A DNA stretch of 64,000 bases. Source: Camelus dromedarius (Eukaryota). Location of the stretch: contig NC_087437.1 of NCBI RefSeq assembly GCF_036321535.1, positions 4,712,001 to 4,776,000 on the forward strand, written 5' to 3'. Positions 24,651 to 38,200 of this stretch are shown in pieces. Each line of letters begins with the position of its first letter. Position 1 is the stretch's first letter. Under the pieces are notes generated by a model. That model was not told the origin of the DNA. It worked only from the letters and a program-made list of their open reading frames with translations, and did no database searches. Position numbers and translations under genes: made by a program.

Positions 24651-26004
24651 GGACAGTCCAGGTCCAAAGCTGAAAAGCTTGCTGCAGACAGACTTGGGTC
24701 TGGTGCTAAGATTGTAAGTCCTGTGGAACGAATGTTGCCCCTTGTTTTTCAGCTCTAACAGTCTAAAGGCCTCCACAAGTGCCTGTGGAGCGGAAGTGAC
24801 AGAGGACAGAGGCCCCAGCTGAGGCTCTCGGAAACCCGTAGCTGGCATCTGTGCTGAGCCCGTCTCCCGGGCACCCTGTGGCCCCCTCCTGTCTGTGTCC
24901 AGCAGTCTATAGAGGGCGCTGTTCCCGGGAGACACGGAACTCTGAGAGAAGCTTTGCCAAATCTTCTTTGGACTGCGTGGCAACGACGGTACTCCCACCC
25001 AAGCCTCCTTCCCCCTCCTGTCCTGGGGTCTGGTCTGCATCATCTGGTGGCTCTCCCAAGCTTCCAGCCCCACAGCTTGCTCTCATTGCAATTTCCCGTA
25101 ACAAAATTCTCACGTGTTTAACCCCATGTTGGCATCTGCTTCTCTGCAGACTTGGACTAAAACAGCACCCTCACCCTGGTCCCCAACCATGCACATGTCA
25201 CCTGGGAGGAGAGAGGGCGCAAAGGAGGTCACCTTCTGCTGGTTACCGAGGACCTCGGTCTGAGATTCTGCAGGCGAAGACGACAGAGGAACCGATTTCT
25301 CAGTATGTTTACCTTCTCATTGGTCTCAGAGTCATGAAGGAAGGAAGTCTAGGCGACAGGTAATTGACTAGCACTCCCACTAGCCCTAATTCAGTCATCA
25401 AGAAAGCCTGTCTTACGGCAGGGGACCACAAGCACAAACGCCAATTTGGAAATGGTAGGAAGTCTTTCCCCATCTTGTTATGTCCCTTGGGGAAGATATT
25501 CAAGCCCTGCAGCCCACGTAACTCCTTGTAGGGAGATCTTCTTGCCATCTTTTGCTCCTCCTGAAGGAAGAGAGTATATGAATCCTGATTCTAAAACACC
25601 TAGAAGGAAAGTGGTCCATGCCTGCGGTCACCAGGACCACTTAGCATCCATCTGGAAGTACTTGCCAATGCCACCCATCAGAGAGAAGAGGTTTGAGAGA
25701 ATTCTCTGTGGCACGGAACTAATATACAAACACACAAACAAGAGCTAAATATAAATACAGTGGAAGATAAGAACTTATTTACAATAGAGACAAAACGGAC
25801 TAAGGTCTAGGAACAGGTTTAACAAAAGTGCAGCGTGAAAATGATGAAGACTTTAAAACTCCACTGAGGGTCGGAAATCACACCTGAATAAATTCAGAGA
25901 CACCTTATTCTTGAATAGAAGTCAGCAATATTTTAAGATCTGAATCTCCAAATATTCATTTAATGTTTAAATGAAGATTTAATAAGTATCCATTTAATGC
26001 CACT

Positions 26005-26490
26005 CTGTATTAACCGCATCTTATTTTCTGTAATTCTGACGCCTGCTGGCCCCAGGCACTGCCCCTCCCAGGTGAGCTCACTCCTTGAGCGCAAACAGCT
26101 CTCTTTGTAAAGGCTTATCAATCCTTTGCCCGTAACCCGCCCCCTCCCCGTTTATCCCACTTGGCCTCCAGCTCCCCGCCCTAGTCGCCCCGGGGTCGTG
26201 CACCAGGTGGGGGCAGCCTCTGCACCCTGGAGCCCAAGGGCATTGTTCAAAGGAGCCGATCCCAAATCTGTTTAATCTGCCTCACATCCTTCCTCCCGAG
26301 GAAGCCACGGTAAAGGCTGCAGCCCACCAGCTCCCTGTCTCTCAGTGCCGGGACGACCTGCTTCCTCCTGCGGCCCTGCGCCCTCTCCTCTGGGGAACTG
26401 TGAGTAGGAAACTGTCTTTTCTTCGGCAATCATCTCCTGATCTGGTGGCCCTGCTGAATCTGAAGTCTTTCTACTAATCACTGTATCTTT
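26005..26490 (+). mobile_element. MER74-like ERVL LTR nested in an old L1 remnant (25750-26580)
   Basis: GGAAGCCACGGTAAAGGCT...CCCTCTCCTCTGGGGAACTGTGAGTA resembles recalled MER74. Confidence 0.55.
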
Positions 26491-27989
26491 AAATGGGCAT
26501 TACTAGATTTGTTGTGTGTGGTACTAAAGTTAATACAGAAAGTAATCAAATGAAGATAACCAGGAAAATTCTGAAGAATAACGTAGGCAGGGCGGTGGGG
26601 AGAGGGGACCAGAGGAGCGGCGGAGGGAGGGTGGGGGCTGGAGTGTCCCCATTAGCTGGGAGTGCTCAGTGCAGTGGGTGTAAATTTTGGCGCATAGCAC
26701 TCAGGTGTGAAAAAAATATTTATTCCCAGTAACTCAACTCAACTTCACTTTTGACCTGTTCTGCTGAGGTGGGAAATAACCCCCCTGAAGCTGTCCTCTC
26801 CCCAGGGCCCCCACCACAGCACCCAGTGTGTACCTCGGAGGACAGCGGGCCTTATCTATCCACCCTCACCCTTGTTTACAGTTGTCTGCTGCAGCTTTTG
26901 TGACGTGCACCCCTCCTCTTGTTTCACCACCCCCACAAGGAAGTGTCCCCGATGTGATGTTTGTGTCACTATGTGGGAGCAGGTTCTTCAAGGGCCACCC
27001 CACAGAGCAGCTTGCCAAACAGAGCAAGAGGAAGCAGGCCATGGAAGAGGAGAGATGGGCGACGTCCGGGCACACAGGCACTCAGTCGGGCTGGGACGAA
27101 GGTGGGAACTCAGTTCACCACGAACATCGCAAGTGGTGAAGGAGGCACACGCAGGGTGCTGCAGGGGCGCCAGGAGAGGACAGCTTCTTGGCAGAGGTGG
27201 TTTGAGCCGGACCTTTAGCAATACAGCTGCTTCCAAGTGGCAAAAAACAGGTGTGCGCGCACAGAGCGCTGCAGCGGACGCTGGGTCTGATTTCCTGAGC
27301 CCACCGGGACCAGCAGGGTGAGGAGGCAGCTCCTGGGAAACGCAGGGACAGGGAATGGGCCTCGGGACAAACCGTCCAGCTGTGGCCCGTGTACTCCACA
27401 GAGCCGGCTCCGGTGACCGTGGGAAGGGGAGGACGGGTGATGCCATCTCTGGTATTTCCAGGCCTGCATCGAACCTTGTAAAGTGTTCCCTTCAGACCTT
27501 GAGGCTGGAGACCTAGTGGTTTCTGGGTGCCTTTGTTCTCGGCTCCCTCAGTGGCGGGGCTGTAGGGCTCGCTGACCGGCTAGCCTCTCTCCTGCAGGAA
27601 AAGGCCTCGCAGGGGAGGGAGAGCCGAGATAATCCAGGGAAAAGCGGAGGCACGGGCAGTCCTGCCTCAGACCCCACCCGAGGTGCACCTTAACCTGCGC
27701 CTCACCTATGGGAGGGGTTTGCAGGGCCTTCGATTTCCTCCATCCACTGACTGTGCTATTCAGATTAGCAGCAAATGCCAGCAGAAAACACCGGTGATTC
27801 CTCAGTACACATGTCGCTCCCCACAGCATGCCTCAGTCATAATCCCCATCTGGAACTGAACTGGTTCCCAGGTCTCGGTACATTCATGTCACTGTAAGTC
27901 TGCACACGCTTTAGCCACTTAGTCACTTCTTCACTGCACAGCATGGCTTCTCCACTGCCTAGAGAAGTGTCTTGGAAACAGTAAAGGAA

Positions 27990-28712
27990 ATTGGTGCGGC
28001 CGCTGTGGAAAACAGTATGGAGGTGCCTCAAAAAACTAAAAATAGAACTACTATATGACCCAGCTATCCCACTCCTGGGTATTTATCCAAAATAAAAATA
28101 AAAACATTAATTTGAAGAGATATATGCACCTCTATGTTCAGTGCAGCATTATTTGCAGTAGCCAAGTTATGGAAGCAACCTCAATGTCCATCCATAGATG
28201 ACTGGATAACGAAGATGTGGTATCAACACACATACTACTCAACATACAGCACACATACTACTACTCAGTCATACAACGAATGAAATCTTGCCATTCGTGG
28301 CAAGGATAGACCTGAAGGGTGGTATGCTAAGTGAAGTAAATCAAACAAAGAAAAACAAATGCAGTGTGATTTCACTTATATGTGGATTCTAAAAAGTATT
28401 ACAAATGAACAGACAAAATAAAACAGACCCATAGATACAAAGAACACTGTGGTTGCCAGAGGGAAGAGGGGTGGAAGGATGGATGAAATAGGTGAAGGGG
28501 ATTCAGAGGTCAAACTTCCAGCTGTAAAACAAGTCACAGGGAAGCAATGACCAGCATGGGGAAGAGTCAGTAACACTGTAACAACTTTGTTTGGTGACAG
28601 ATGGTAACTGGTCTTACCCTGGTGACCATTTCATAATGTATAAAAATATCTAATCACTAAGTTGTACACCTGAAACATAATACTGTATGTTACTTACAAT
28701 TCAATTAAAAAT
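27990..28712 (+). mobile_element. L1 3' end (same subfamily as 58855-59580)
   Basis: GTGGAAAACAGTATGGAGG...; both copies share GGATGGATGAAATAGGTGAAGGGGATTCAGAGGT. Confidence 0.9.
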
Positions 28713-29170
28713 AGTAAGAGAACAAAGATATTTTCAGATGCAAGACTATTTTCATTTTTCTTTGGTGTCAAAACCCTATTATTTCTTTGTTACAGATTTG
28801 AGACTTTTTTCCCTAAGGAAAATATACTCCTGTCACATAATGAGCTGAGCTGCATCAAAGATGCATATGTGAAACAACACAGAAAATACCCACTGAGCGA
28901 TTTCCAACCATCATGGATGCTCATTCAACTGTTAGTCAGTGGGCGGGTGGCTGCAGAAGGAAGTGAAAACACACAGCCCGCTTTCCAGGAAATGACTCAT
29001 CTTCTTGGGAAACAGGACCCACTTACTTGAAAAGTGAGACCATGCTGCTAAACAGGACACAATTCCAGCCAGCGTTCTCCTCTACCCTGAAGCTGCGTAT
29101 TCCTAAGACACAGTGGCGTTGACTGAGTGCCTTCCAGAGGCCAGGCATCTGGCTGGGGCTTCTGGAGAGC

Positions 29171-29366
29171 TTTTTTTTTTTTTTCAATTGGGGAAGTGTT
29201 TTTTTTTTTTTTTTCATTCCCTTCCTCCCAGCCCCCTACTTTTATTATTTTTGGAGGGGGGAGGTAATTAGGTTTATTTATTTATTTAAATGGAGGTACT
29301 GGGATTAAACCCCGGACCTCGAGCATGTCAAGCATACACTCTTACCACTGAACTATAGCCTCGCCC
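29171..29366 (-). mobile_element. tRNA-Ala-derived SINE (longer vic-1 type)
   Basis: Reverse-strand tRNA-like head with B box, poly-T tail on plus, TSD TGGA(G/T)AGCTTTTT. Confidence 0.8.
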
Positions 29367-30351
29367 TTGGATAGCTTTTTGAATCCCCAGACAACCCCTT
29401 GAAGTACGAAAGGTTTTGAAAAGAACAGGAACAGAGGAACTCATCCATTTCCCAGCCCGGATTCTTAGTTTTCCTAAATCAAGAAAACAACCATAATCTG
29501 TCAAAGTTCAGTTCTTATGACGCACTTGAGCATTCAATGTACTAGGATCACAAAAAGAGTGTTCGTTATTAAACTAGGGGATGCAAAATGTTTCATCAAG
29601 CAAGCTTTGACTATCAACCAACAGATTCATTTCAGAGGGGCTTATTCAGTATCTATCCTTTAAGGAAAGATTCCAATGAGGAGACCAAGTTCAAGGTCCC
29701 ATTTATAAAACAGGCAGTTGGTGGACCGTGCTCCTGGACTAGTCTGATCTTTGTACGTTCAGACTGACCTCTGCTGGGCAGTCTACTGCTCTGCCAACAT
29801 TTCTTCTCTCTTGAGATAATATGGCTAGAGAAAGAGCTGTTTCCCCAAATTGTATCTAGTATCCAGACTTATACAGTTCAACTCACAAGTACCCATCAAG
29901 CTCTCCACACTGCCTTCCAGCAGAATCTTGTATTTCCCTTGGCCGCCAGCAGCCAGGGTCCAGGGGCAGAGGTAACATGAGCCTGGATACCTCCTCCACC
30001 CTCTGCTCTTACACAGCCCAGGCTCTCTAGTGTGTAACTCTGTTCGAGAACCTGCTGGGGGGCCTGATTTCATGGGCCTGTCAGGTAAAAACCACGGCTC
30101 CCTGCAGGTATCCCCTGGGTTCACACCTCAAAGCTGGAGTCCACCACTCTGTGGAGGTCACTTAGGCCCCTAACCAGCCAGTGGAGATGAGTCTGATGTG
30201 TACAGTACAGTCAAACAAGCTGAACTCGGATATAAAGTCCTATGCTGCAATTCATATAGAACCACAGAAATCAACAAGGATGGCCCTGAAAATAAGGGAT
30301 ACTTTTCCACTTCCAGCATTCTCTTAAAATAATGTCTGTTACCGGTAATAC

Positions 30352-31007
30352 TGTTGCCGGTGGATGCAACCGGTGTTCCAGGTTCTTGTCCCGTCCCAGA
30401 AAGAATTCAGAGACAAGACGTAGTGGTTAAGAAAAGTAAAGTGAAGATTTATTAAGGGATGGACAGCACACTCTCAGGGGAGAGCGGGCAGGCTCAGGGG
30501 AGCGGCTGCCCTGTGTGTCTTTGGCAAGTTAGTTACATAGGGTGTAAAAATGAATGGGCAGAATATTCATTGAGGAGAGAAGGGCTTGGGGTTATATTTC
30601 CTGATTATCATCCCAACTCCACCTTCCTAGAGGGAGGGAGGGATTTTTGTCATTGAGTCTGGATCAGCACTGACATGGCGTTGGTGCACGATGGGTACTT
30701 CTGATCTGCAAGGCTGATTTTATTGAAATGGGGGCATAATGAGCAAAAGGTTACATTCGGACACTGTAAATTCCTGCCTTTTCTCACCTTTCTTTGGCGG
30801 TCTCCAGGCCACTCATCACCCCAAAAGGTGTGGCCCCTTATCAGCCCAAAGGTTCCTGCTTTTCTTTCTCTGCCCAGGGACCCCTGGTGCTTACATGATG
30901 TGTGATTTCCTGCATTTGTCTTGTGCCCCTCCTTTCTACCCATGTCCTGCCATTTGGTCTGTATCCCCCTTTCTCTGCTCATATCTAGCTATCTGCCTGT
31001 TCTAACA
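30352..31007 (-). mobile_element. ERV1-class solo LTR (656 bp)
   Basis: TGTT...AACA inverted termini, 4-bp TSD ATAC at 30348-30351 and 31008-31011, minus-strand AATAAA 30448-30453. Confidence 0.85.
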
Positions 31008-31922
31008 ATACAATTAGATAATTATTTTTATTTTAAAATTTTGTAAAAGCAGGAAAGGAGGAAATTAAAAATTGCTTACGATCCCATCACCAAGTTACAT
31101 TAATGTTGGTTCATTTCGTGCCCATCTTTTTCCCTCTATGTATGTATCTGTGTGTGAGTGAAAGGCGTATATCCTGACCCGGACCCATCCACTTTTGTAG
31201 CTTGCTTTTCTCATGTTAGTATTATATTGTGGTTATTTCTCCATTTACTTTGTGATGTTGACAGATCATAATTTATATAACAAATGTCTTATTAAACACT
31301 GGTGGTGTTCCTAAGTAAAGCTATGCTGAACGGCCTTATATATGTCAATATTTGACCGAATATTTTATTACTTCTTTAAAATACATTCTTGAAATCAGCC
31401 CATTGGGTCAAGTTATGGAGTATGCACATTTATGATTGCAAACACCAGCACTGCTAGAGTTACTCTGTGGGTTCCTGCACCACGTTCATCTTCCACCCAG
31501 CACGGCAGTCCCCACTTCACCTCACCCAGCGCTGAGAATTATCATTTAAAAAGTGCACTACCAAGCGGCTAGGGTAAAAAAAGGTTTTTGTTTAACTTAC
31601 AATTCATATTTATTCATACTCATACTTTTATGGATTACTTGTGTACTTCTGTTAATCACACATTCATGTCCTTTGCCCATTTTTCTACTAGTGCATTAAT
31701 ATCTTTCTTATTTATAAGAGTTCTTTATATATTAAGGCTGTTGATTCTGTTGGTCTCAAGGTGGCACACATAAAAAGGCTGTTAATCCAAATATACCCTG
31801 AAATTATTACTTTGGGTGTGGTGTGACTTCTCCTTTGGCTCAATAAGTCATTTCCAGAAAAACAAAACAGAACAAAAACCCAACTCATAAGTGTAGGACA
31901 AGCCCCATGAAATACAGAGGCT

Positions 31923-32336
31923 TGTTACGGAAACGACAGGCCAGTCAAGAAACAAGCGCCACTCGGAGGGTTGGAGTACTCAGATGTATTACGCCGGTGG
32001 GCTCAGAGGGGCTTCTGCTCCGAAGCTCTGAGCACCTCCAAGACGTGCGCATGAGGTTTTATAGGGTAAAGTACAAGCTTGGGGTATTCGGCCAATAGGC
32101 ATGGAACAGCTTTAGCAGCATTATCATCACAAAAGTGGAGGCGGGGAGGCAGCAAACCAACATTCCAAAGCCAGGTATGTATCTTTGAAAACCCAGCTGG
32201 CAAGCAAAAAAACATGAACAGCAAACCAACACTAATTAACTTAGATCTACAAGTTAGTGCAGCAGAACTCAGATCAGTATTCCAACACTTAGATTTGTGA
32301 GCTATCTTGTTAGCCCAGCCCGGCTTTTCATTCACA
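31923..32336 (-). mobile_element. ERV solo LTR (~414 bp)
   Basis: TG...CA ends, minus-strand TATA CTATAAAA 32057-32064, CCAAT 32092-32096, degenerate polyA AATACA 31985-31990; TSD imperfect. Confidence 0.65.
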
Positions 32337-32592
32337 GCTAAGGTAGGAAGTGGTCTACAGACAAGCAGGGAGAGTCCAGGTACCCAACTTACAGAACATG
32401 CCTGGCACTGGACAGTTCTTGGAACTTTCTTCCTTGGAAGATGTTTTTAAAAGATATGTGACTTCAGGAATAGGTTTACTTAAAAGAAAACTGATGTGTA
32501 ACAATGCTATTTAATAAACTCTTTTCATCTGTAAGTGGTTATTTCTGTGATAAGATACTGGTGGTAACTTTTAATGTTTTTTAATCAATTCC

Positions 32593-32598
32593 TTTATT
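32593..32598 (-). terminator. Likely HACL1 polyadenylation signal AATAAA
   Basis: First AATAAA on the minus strand after the stop, about 133 nt downstream, in an AT-rich 3'UTR. Confidence 0.65.
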
Positions 32599-32730
32599 AT
32601 AAAATATCATTTAGAAATGTATTTTACTTTTCTTTGCACAACAATTTTAACATTATAGTAATGTTGCTGTGGAAAATAAAAGTCCACCTCACAGGAAAGA
32701 GAAAGCTCCTCAAGCCACTCACCGGAGTCT

Positions 32731-32763
32731 TCACATTTTGGAGCTGGTCAGCCAGTGAAAGTC
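32731..32763 (-). CDS. HACL1: HACL1 exon 17 (last), DFHWLTSSKM* carrying PTS1
   Basis: TTTTCTAG|GAC TTT CAC TGG CTG ACC AGC TCC AAA ATG TGA; matches human DFHWLTRSNM*; summed CDS 1743 nt in frame. Confidence 0.95.
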   Translation of the reverse strand, partial: DFHWLTSSKM

Positions 32764-33256
32764 CTAGAAAAAGAAAGACAAGCATTCAGTCAAAAGAAGT
32801 AACTGTCTCAAACTAGATCCTGTTTCGCTTGATCTAAACTCTAAAAGTCCCGCTAGCACCACGCTAGCCACGATGGTGGTAAATGAAGTTTGTCTTTGGT
32901 CTGGAGCTCTTCCCAAAAAGGAGCTAATAAAAATCCATTAGTGAACCTTGCCGTCTCATCCTACAAAACAACCTAAAATCACTTTCTAGGTCCTCCCCTA
33001 TTAATAGTAATCAGGGCACAAAAAAACGAGTCTGAAAGCACCAGAAATCCATGCAAAAGAAGCGAGAAGATGGAGGCAGCTCACAGAGGGCCGAGCTCCC
33101 ATGTCTAAGAACGAGGGTAGAAAGGCCAGTGCACGGAAGCCTTGCCCAAGACTAAAATCGCACACGAGTGACCCGGCCACAGGCAGCTGTGGAGATTAGG
33201 GCCTCCCTGTATTATAGCAGGAAGCGGCCAGCCAGACTGCTTCCATGACAAATGGT

Positions 33257-33483
33257 AACCACCGGTCCATTCCCTGTATCTGCGAGTCTGTTTGTTTTAT
33301 TATATTCATTTGTTTTATTTTTCAGATTCCACATATAAGTGGTAATATACAGTATTCTTTCTCTGACTTATTTCACTAAGCATAACATTCTCTGGTCCAT
33401 CTGTCATCCATGTTGTTGCAGATGGCAGAATTTCATTCATTTTTTTGGCTGAGGAATACTCTGTTGTGTGTATATATGCATAT

Positions 33484-33540
<57 letters not shown>

Positions 33541-33904
33541 AACATATGTATATATACACACATCTCCTTTATTCAGTCGTCTGTCAGTGGACATTTAGGT
33601 TGCGTCCATGTCTTGACTATAGTAAATAGTGCTGCTCTGAACACTGGGGTGCACATATTTGTTTAGATTCATAGAAAACTAGAGGTGACCAGTGGGGAGA
33701 GGGATGGGGGAGGGACAAGATAGGGGTATGAGATTGAGACACACAAACTTCTGCATATAAAAATACGTGTTACAAGGATATATTGTACAGCACAGGAAAT
33801 ATAGCCAACATTTTATAACTTTAAATAGAGTATAATCTATAGAAATTCTATATACCTAAAACTAACATAATATTGCAAATCAACTATACTTCAATTTTAA
33901 AAGA
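33257..33904. mobile_element. 5'-inverted (twin-primed) L1 insertion in HACL1 intron 16
   Basis: Minus L1 segment 33257-~33665 joined to plus L1 3' end ~33670-33904; TSD ATGACAAATGGT at 33245-33256 and 33905-33916. Confidence 0.85.
33466..33562 (+). repeat. Compound (TA)n/(CA)n microsatellite
   Basis: Direct reading. Confidence 0.9.
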
Positions 33905-34799
33905 ATGACAAATGGTGATGGACACACTCCATCAGTAAAAAATCAACGCTTAGAAACCATAATGTGTGTGGAATTCTACTGGAATGAAGATTAAAAAATG
34001 TTAAGTGGTACATGCAAAAAATATAAGGATAATCTTCATCAAATCATAAAAGAAGAAATAAGAACTTGCATTTTTCCAGCCATACCCACCCCAAATTCAT
34101 AGAGAACTTAGAGAATAGACCTTTCAAAGATCATTTAGAAAGGCAGTGCAGGGACAACCTGGGCCCCTACGTGACCAGCACAGGTGTCAAGACTATTTTG
34201 TGTGTGTGTCCTGAACGTGTTTACCAAGCCTCTGTGGCTTTAGTTTCCCTAGGACTCTGATACCCTGATGCCTGGAGGAGGGCGTCCTGGGTTGCAAAAC
34301 TAACATCCCAGCCACATACTCAGCTGCAGACAAAATGCCATGAGATTTTAAGACCTATTTACTGTGAGTCTAGCTAGCAGAAATCATTTCAACAACTAGA
34401 TTTTCTTTTAAAAATATTTTTAAACCCATTTAAAGCCAAAAATTAGACAAATGAAACTAACTGTATAAAGTTAGTGGCATAACCACTTTGAGAAAAGTTA
34501 TGACTTTAAAGCTCTGTATTTTCACTGTATAACTAAAGGAAAAAAACACCTGCAAAGATGTCTTAAATTGAATTTAGTAGGTTTATATTCGTACTAAAAT
34601 TGTTATTTTGAAGCTATTACAATAGCTTATATATGTAACAATTAATGTCTATGTGTGTGTGCATCAGGATAAAATCAAGTAAGTAATTAGTATTGTTGGG
34701 AACTAATTTTTTCACAGTAAGAAAATGAGGTGTCAAAACAAAATCAAAGTATTAAAAACTTCAACAACTAGATATTTTGAATTAAAAAAATTTTTTTTG

Positions 34800-35050
34800 A
34801 TTTCTTTTTTTTTTTTATTGAGTTATAGTCAGTTTACAATGTTGTGTTAATTTCTGGTGTACAGCACAATTCTTCAGTCATCCGTGAATATAATATATTC
34901 ATTTTCATATTCTTTCTCACCATGAGCTACTACAAGATACTGAATATATTTCCCTGTGCTCTACGGTATAAATTTGTTCATCTGTTTATAGCTACTAGTC
35001 AGTATCTGCAAATCTTGAACTCCAAGTTTATCCCTTCCCACCCTCCTCCC
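34800..35050 (-). mobile_element. Short young L1-type 3' end with poly(A)
   Basis: Poly-T then TTATTGAGTTATAGTCAGTTTACAATGTTGTG, reverse L1 3' terminus. Confidence 0.75.
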
Positions 35051-35287
35051 TCATTAGATTTTTTTTAAAAGGCAATCATTAAACCCACAAAGGTACAGAG
35101 TAGTTGTGAATCCGACCTAACAAGAGTCTGCCTGCTTGCTCCACATAGATCCCTGCTAATGCCATCTCCCCAACACCTCTCTCTGCTCATCACCCCCCTC
35201 AGCATGCTTCTCCCCAAGTATCTCTTCTCTCTGCTCTGTGAAGAGCCCAGGGGAGGCTATGCCAAAGCCTGCCTCTGTCTCTGTGAA

Positions 35288-38200
35288 ACTGAAGTATAAC
35301 TGACACATAACATTACGTTAGTTTCAGGTGCACAACATAATGATTCGGTATTTGTACACATCGAGAAGTCATCACTATAGTAAGTCTAGTTAACACTCAT
35401 TACCATACATAGTCACAAAAATTCTTCTTGTGACGGGAACTTTTACTATCTATTCTCTTAGCAACTTTCAAATATGCGATACATTATTAACTATAGTCAC
35501 TATGCTGTGCATTACATCTCCAATGACATATTTGTTTTCTATACCTTTTGACCCCCTTCACCCATCCCCACCACCCACCCCTGGCAACCACCAATCTGTC
35601 TCTGTATCTAGGAGCCTCATGTTTTTGTTTGCTTTAAATTCCATGAGATTATACAGCACTTGTCTTTCTCTGTCTGACTTAAGTCACTTGGCATAACGCC
35701 CTCAAGGCCCAACCATGTTGTTGCAATGGTAAGATTTCAGTCTTTTTTTATAGCTGAATAATAATCCAACTTGTAGGTTGTTTCATATCTTGGTTATTGT
35801 AAATAATGCTGCAAGGAAAATGGAAGTGCATGTATCGTTTAGAGATAGTGTTTTCATTTTCTTCACATAAATACCCAGAAGTGGCATTGCCGGATCACAT
35901 GGTAGTTTTGCACTTAATTTTATGAGGACCCTGCATACTGTTTTCCATAATGGCTATACCAATATACACTCCCACCAACAGGGCACAAGGATTCCCTTTT
36001 CTGCACATCTTCACCAACACTTATTTCTTGTCTCTTTGGTAACAGCCATTCTAACAGGTGTGAGGGGACATCTCATTGTGGTTTTGATGTGCATTTCCCT
36101 GATGACTAGTAATGCTGAGCATCTTTTCATGTGCCTGTTGGCCATCTGTATGTCTTCTTTGGAAAATGTCTATTTATATTTTCTCTCTGCTTTTACACTG
36201 GACTGTTTACTTTTTGCTATTGAGTTAAATGAGTTCGTTATATTTTTCAGGTACTAAGCCTGCATCACACAATATAATTTACAAATATTTTCTCCCATTC
36301 AATGGGTTGCCTTCTTGTTTTGTTGATGGTCCCCTTTGCTGTGTCGAAGCTTTAGTCTGATGTGGTCCCACTTGTTTATTTTTGCTTTTGTTGCCTCAGC
36401 TTTTGGTGTCAGATTAAAAAAAAACTACCTCCAAGACCAATGTCAAGGAGCTTACTGCCAGTTTTCCTCTAGGAATTTTACGGTTTCAGGTTTTATATTC
36501 AAGTCTTTAATCCACTTTAATTTTTGTGTAAGAACATGGTATAAAAATGGCATAAGAACATGTTCTTATTTCATTCTTTCCATGTGACTGCCTAGTTTTT
36601 CCAACACCATCTACTGAACAGATTGTCCTTTCTCCATTGTATATTCATTTCCCCTTTGTCATAAATTAATTGACCATATACGCTTGGGTTTATTTCTGGG
36701 CTCTCTATTCTGTTCCATTGATTTATGTGTCCGTTTTAATGCCAATACCATACTGTTTTGATTACCAAAGCTTTGTAATATATTTTGAAATCAGGTAATT
36801 TAATGCCTCTAGCTTTGTTCTTTCTCAAGAATGCTTTGGCTAATTGAGGTCTTTTGTGTTTCCACACAAATTTTAGGATTGTTTGTTCTATTTCCAAAAT
36901 GCCATTAAAATTCTGATAGAGACTGCACTGAATCTGTAGAATGCTTTGGATAGTATGGACATTTTAACAATATGAACTGCTAAAATTCCAATCCATGAGT
37001 ATGAAATATCTTCCCATTTTTTCGTGTCTTCTTCACTTTTTTTCATTTATGTCATATAGTTTTCAGAGTATAGATCTTCCAAGTCCTTGGTTAAATTTAT
37101 TCCTAAATACTTTATTATTTTTGATGCAACTGTAAATGACATTGCTTTCTTGATTTCTGATAGTCTGTGGCTACTGTTTACAAATGCAACAGAGTTCTGT
37201 GTATTAATTTTGTATCCTACAACTCTGTTGGATTTATTTATTCTAACAGTTTTTGGTGGAGTTTTTAGGGTTTTCTCTATATAACATCACATCATCTGCA
37301 AATAGTGACCCTTTTACTTCTTTGCTTCCAATCTGGATGCCTTTCATTTCTTTTTCTTGGCTAAGTGCTCTGGCTAGGACCACCAATGCCATGGTGAATA
37401 AAAGCAGTGAGAGTGAGCATCCTTCTCTTGGTCCTGATCTCAGAGGAAGCTTTCAGCTTTTCACTGTTGAATATGGTCTTAGCTGTGGGCTTGTCATATA
37501 TGACTTTGACCATGTTGCGGTATGCTCCCTCTATACCCACTTTGTTTAGAGTTTTTACCATAAATAGATGCTGCATTTTGTCACCATGCTTTTTTCCTGC
37601 ATCTATGGAGATGATCACATGACTTTTACCCCTCACTTCGTTCATGCAGTGTACACACTGACTGATCTGTAGATGCTGAGACACCCTGCATCCCTATAAC
37701 TCCCACTTGGCCACGGCATGTGATGCTTTTCATGTGCTGCTGGGTTCAGTGTGCTAGTATTTTGCCATTTAAGGCTGATGTTTCCTACCTGATTTTCTGT
37801 CTGGATGGTCTATCCATTAATATAAATGGGGTGTTAAAGTCCCCTCCTGTTATTAATATTATTGCTGTCTGTTTCTCCCTTTAGGTCTGGTAATATTTGC
37901 TTTATATATATAAGTGCACCTATGTTGTCTACATAAATATTTACAAATGTTACGTCCTATTGTTGGGTTGGCCCCTTTGTCATTATGTAATGCCCTTCTT
38001 TGCTTCTTACTACAGTCTTTATGTTTTAAAGTCTGTTTAATCTGATACAAGTATTGCTACTCCAGCTTTCTTTTGGTTTCCATATGCATGTGTCATCCCT
38101 TTCTATCCCTTCACTTCCAGTCTGTGTGTCCTTACAGCTGAAGTCAGTCTCTCAGAGGCAGCACACAGATGTGTCTGGTTTTGGTATCCACTGAGCCACT

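Noticed and set aside
24183..25073. 296-aa minus-strand ORF
   Set aside because: Runs through MIR-derived sequence (FTSLSLSFLISIMG), no recognisable domain or splice support; likely chance ORF in GC-rich DNA
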